NCBI GenBank assembly: GCA_965249575.1
Contig: OZ252244.1
Coordinates: forward strand, 1,472,001-1,536,000
DNA from: Gemmatimonadales bacterium
GTDB taxonomy: Bacteria > Gemmatimonadota > Gemmatimonadetes > Gemmatimonadales > GWC2-71-9
Length of the DNA: 64,000 nucleotides
Direction of reading: 5' to 3'
This document shows positions 60,853-64,000 of the stretch, piece after piece. The stretch's first letter is position 1, and the number at the start of each line of letters is the position of its first letter. The notes under the pieces were generated by a model that worked only from the letters and a program-made list of their open reading frames with translations, searched no databases and was not told the DNA's origin. The position numbers and the translations under genes were made by a program.

Positions 60853-62841
60853 CTATACCCCCACTTTCCTCGCTTCTCCCGTCAATACCCGGTAAAGGGC
60901 AAACATCACGACGATGAGCAGGACCACACCCGGCAGCGTCCCGCTGTGCGTTCCCCACAGCGCGAGCGGATCGGAGCGGCCCGCCACGACGATGGGCACA
61001 GCCAGCAGAATCCCCAGAATCGCCTCGCCGGTTATCAGTCCGGCCGCAAACAACAGGCCGTGGCGCTCGCCCGAAGCGCGTGCTTCCGCCACCCGCGGAT
61101 CGGAGCGATGTCGAGTCGCCACGCCGGCGAAGTAGCGGTTGCCCGCCCATGCGATGATCCCGCCCAGGAAGATCGCGACGGAGAGCTCGAGTGGAAGGTA
61201 GATTCCCACGGCCACCGCGAGCACCGGTGTTCGGAAGCTGCTTCCCGCTTTCTCGAGCGTCACGTCGAGCGCGATAATCGCGGCCGCGACGATCATACCG
61301 ATGATCACCATCGTCCACGGCAGGCCCTCCCCGAACACTCCACCCGCCACCGCCGCCATGAGGGTCGCCTGGGGAGCGCGCAGCGGATCAGGGTGGGCGG
61401 CGGTGGACACGCCAATACCGTACGCCTTGAGAAGCAGGGTGAGGACCGGCGCCATCACGAACGCAGCCGTCAATACGCCCACGGCTTGCATGATCTGCTG
61501 GCGCATCGGTGTCGCCCCAACGATCCGGCCAGCCTTGAGATCCTGCATGTTGTCACCCGCGATCGCGGCGGCGCACGCCACGACCGCGCCAATCATTATG
61601 GCGGCGGCGGGCCCGACGGTGCTCTGAGTCCCGAGGAATGCGAGGAGCAGGAGTGCCGACACGAGAATGGTCGCGATCGTGACCCCCGAAATCGGATTGT
61701 TCGACGAGCCCACCAGGCCCGCCATGTACCCCGCGACCGCAGAGAAGAGAAACCCGGCGATCAACATGATCACGGCCATCGCTGCGGCGACGCCGAAATT
61801 GCCGGTGGCGAAGTGAAACACCGCGAATAGCGGGAAGGCGGCGACTGCGAGCGCGATGCCCACCCACTGCATCGGGGTGTCCCGCTCGGTTCGGCTGGTG
61901 GCGCCCGTCCCCGCACGCACGCGGCGGTATGCTTCGATGCCGGACCGGATGCCGTCAATCAGGCTGCGCCGGACGCTCAGGAGCGCCCACACTCCGCCCA
62001 CCACCATGGCCCCGACGCCGAGGTATCGGGTTTGGGTCGACCACATCTGATTCGCCGCGTCGACGGCCGAGCTGCCCTCCGGCACGCCAATTACCGCCGC
62101 CGCGATGGGAATCGCGACGAACCAGTTGATGGCGCCTCCGAGGAACACCAGCGTGGCGATGTTGAGTCCGACGATGTAGCCAACGCCTACGAGCGCCGGC
62201 GACAGATTCGTTCCGAAGTACACGATGGAGCCCCCGACGAACCGCGCCTGCTCGAACACCGCCCCCCAAAGCCGAAACCCCGTCTCGCCGATCTTGAAGA
62301 GCGCACCGATGAGCCCCGCCGTCACCAGGTATTTGATGCCGGCGCCGCCCTGGTCGCCGACCTTCAAGACTTCGGCCGTGGCAACGCCCTCGGGAAACCG
62401 GAGTGGGTTCTCCACGATGAGCGCGCGGCGTAACGGGATGGTGAACAACACCCCAAGCAGTCCACCCAGCGCGGCAATGATCGTGACCTGCCAGTAATTG
62501 AAGTCCGTCCACGCACCGAGGATGATCAGCCCTGGGATTGTGAAGATGACGCCGGCCGCCAGACTCTCCCCGGCGGACGCGGCGGTTTGGACGATGTTGT
62601 TCTCGAGTATGTTCGAGTTACGGAGCAGTTTGAGCACCGCCATCGAGATGACGGCTGCCGGGATGGACGCCGAAACCGTGATGCCCGCAAACAGTCCGAG
62701 GTACGCGTTCGCGCCCGCCAGGAGCACCGACAAGACCACCCCGAGCAACAGCGCACGGACGGTGATTTCGGGAAGGCTTACGGACGCGCTGACGTAGGGT
62801 TCGTCTGGCGCTTGTTGGCCCGTTGGCTCCGGTGGAGGCAT
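60853..62841 (-). CDS. OPT-family oligopeptide transporter
   Basis: SASIPAAVI, ENNIVQT, FPEGVA, DNMQDLKAG, APQA. Confidence 0.92.
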   Translation of the reverse strand: MPPPEPTGQQAPDEPYVSASVSLPEITVRALLLGVVLSVLLAGANAYLGLFAGITVSASIPAAVISMAVLKLLRNSNILENNIVQTAASAGESLAAGVIFTIPGLIILGAWTDFNYWQVTIIAALGGLLGVLFTIPLRRALIVENPLRFPEGVATAEVLKVGDQGGAGIKYLVTAGLIGALFKIGETGFRLWGAVFEQARFVGGSIVYFGTNLSPALVGVGYIVGLNIATLVFLGGAINWFVAIPIAAAVIGVPEGSSAVDAANQMWSTQTRYLGVGAMVVGGVWALLSVRRSLIDGIRSGIEAYRRVRAGTGATSRTERDTPMQWVGIALAVAAFPLFAVFHFATGNFGVAAAMAVIMLIAGFLFSAVAGYMAGLVGSSNNPISGVTIATILVSALLLLAFLGTQSTVGPAAAIMIGAVVACAAAIAGDNMQDLKAGRIVGATPMRQQIMQAVGVLTAAFVMAPVLTLLLKAYGIGVSTAAHPDPLRAPQATLMAAVAGGVFGEGLPWTMVIIGMIVAAAIIALDVTLEKAGSSFRTPVLAVAVGIYLPLELSVAIFLGGIIAWAGNRYFAGVATRHRSDPRVAEARASGERHGLLFAAGLITGEAILGILLAVPIVVAGRSDPLALWGTHSGTLPGVVLLIVVMFALYRVLTGEARKVGV

Positions 62842-62986
62842 CGCAGTCCGCCGTTGAGATCGGTGAGTCGAGTCGATCGGCGAGGTGGTGTGCGCTGGCG
62901 CTCAAAGGTTCGCCGGGGACGCCGATTCCGCAAGGTGATCCGGGGCGTCTCATCGCGGCGACGACGGATTGCGTATTTTGACGGCG

Positions 62987-63496
62987 ATGCATGCTGAGGT
63001 GCGCACCTACTACCTCAAGCTCACGACGCGCGAGCACCTCCGCCGAGGAGGGCCTGGCCCATTGGCCGTCTCTCAAGCGGAGCCACCCGATCCGGCGCTC
63101 AACAAGCGGTTCTACGAAGAAATCGGCCGCGAGTGGCAATGGGTGGACCGGCTGCCTTGGTCCGGACCCCAGTGGCGGGACTACGTCAACCGGCCGGAGG
63201 TCCAGACATGGGTCGCGACGGTGAATGACGCCGCGGCCGGATACTTCGAGCTGGAGCGCCAGGCCTCGGACGACGTGGAGATCAAATTCTTCGGGCTCCT
63301 CGCGGAGTACCGGGGACGTGGTCTGGGCGGCACCCTCCTCGACCACGCCGTCCGGCACGCCTGGGCGATGGGAGCGTCGCGTGTAGTCGTGAATACATGT
63401 TCCCTGGATCACCCGGACGCCTTGAGCAACTATCTGTCGCGCGGGTTTCGCGTCTACAAAGAGGAAACCCGGCGTGTGGATTCGCGAGCGGACTGA
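62987..63496 (+). CDS. GNAT-family N-acetyltransferase
   Basis: GYFEL, FFGLLAEYRGRGLG, NTCSLDHPDAL, RGF. Confidence 0.85.
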   Translation: MHAEVRTYYLKLTTREHLRRGGPGPLAVSQAEPPDPALNKRFYEEIGREWQWVDRLPWSGPQWRDYVNRPEVQTWVATVNDAAAGYFELERQASDDVEIKFFGLLAEYRGRGLGGTLLDHAVRHAWAMGASRVVVNTCSLDHPDALSNYLSRGFRVYKEETRRVDSRAD

Positions 63497-63606
63497 GAGT
63501 TCGATGCGTTCGCACCCAAGGCTCAACGAAACCGCCCCCCAGTCCGATACTCCCTGAGGACTATGCGAGACGACGTGATCCCCACGCGCGACAGCCCCAG
63601 CGACCG

Positions 63607-64000
63607 ATGACTCCGTCGGCCGTGTTCGTAACGTTCGTCATCGCGATCGTCGTTGCGACGAGCGTGCAACTCGTATCGGTGTGGTTCAGGGGACGAACGC
63701 CCAGGGCCAAGTCCGAGTCTCAAATGCCAAAGGCCACGGCCGAATTCGACGTCGAGTACGCTGCGATAAACGTCCCGAGCGACATCAGCCAGGCTTGGGT
63801 GCAGTTCATGCGGGACGACGTCGCCCGCTCGGTGAACGCCTTCAACAACCGCCTTAACGCTATTCTCGCGTCGACCCGGGAGTTGCAGAGCATCTCGTCG
63901 GGGCCGCGAAGCGCCGTCGAAATCCAGCGGATTCAGGACGAAGTCAAGCGAGCCGTGAACATTACGTCGCGGCTCCTTCGCCGCGCCGACGCGATGGCAC
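63607..64000 (+). CDS. Membrane-anchored protein with a degenerate HisKA-like helix pair; 3' partial
   Basis: Frame open to the window end: TM helix (AVFVTFVIAIVVATSV), then VNAFNNRLNAIL...RAVNITSRLL. Confidence 0.55.
   Translation, partial: MTPSAVFVTFVIAIVVATSVQLVSVWFRGRTPRAKSESQMPKATAEFDVEYAAINVPSDISQAWVQFMRDDVARSVNAFNNRLNAILASTRELQSISSGPRSAVEIQRIQDEVKRAVNITSRLLRRADAMA

Noticed and set aside
1..64000. Numerous long antisense or overlapping ORFs; CRISPR, tRNA, IS and prophage signals
   Set aside because: The overlapping ORFs are Arg/Pro-rich shadows typical of high-GC DNA; no spacer-repeat array, cloverleaf, transposase or phage gene was recognised by eye.

Overview
GC-rich bacterial chromosomal segment. 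The gene content resembles Gemmatimonadota, but that is an unverified inference. About 55 protein-coding loci were identified; no rRNA, tRNA, CRISPR array or transposase was recognised. Main blocks: (i) sulfur assimilation (JAB/Mov34 peptidase, cysH-type APS reductase, cysG, sulfite/nitrite reductase); (ii) housekeeping and peptide-catabolism genes (Lhr helicase, oligopeptidase B, acyl-CoA dehydrogenase, enoyl-CoA hydratase, SDR, LeuA-like synthase, M1/M20 peptidases); (iii) a divergent pair of large surface lipoproteins; (iv) a cupredoxin / sensor Ser-Thr kinase / porin module, a diguanylate cyclase and a TPM-NTase-LemA triad; (v) the F0+delta half of the ATP synthase operon, MoxR, TerC, GltP and OPT transporters. 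The best find is a 30-codon, 9-Cys leader ORF (419-511) followed by mutually exclusive antiterminator and intrinsic-terminator helices directly before cysH, i.e. a candidate ribosome-dependent cysteine-sensing transcriptional attenuator inside the operon. Also notable: a near-perfect Rex-type operator over the atp promoter, a multi-hairpin atpB-atpE spacer, and an M1 peptidase fused to an Omp85-like barrel. Many genes carry single-base indels, in-frame ambers or internal deletions, probably assembly errors, so pseudogene calls are provisional.
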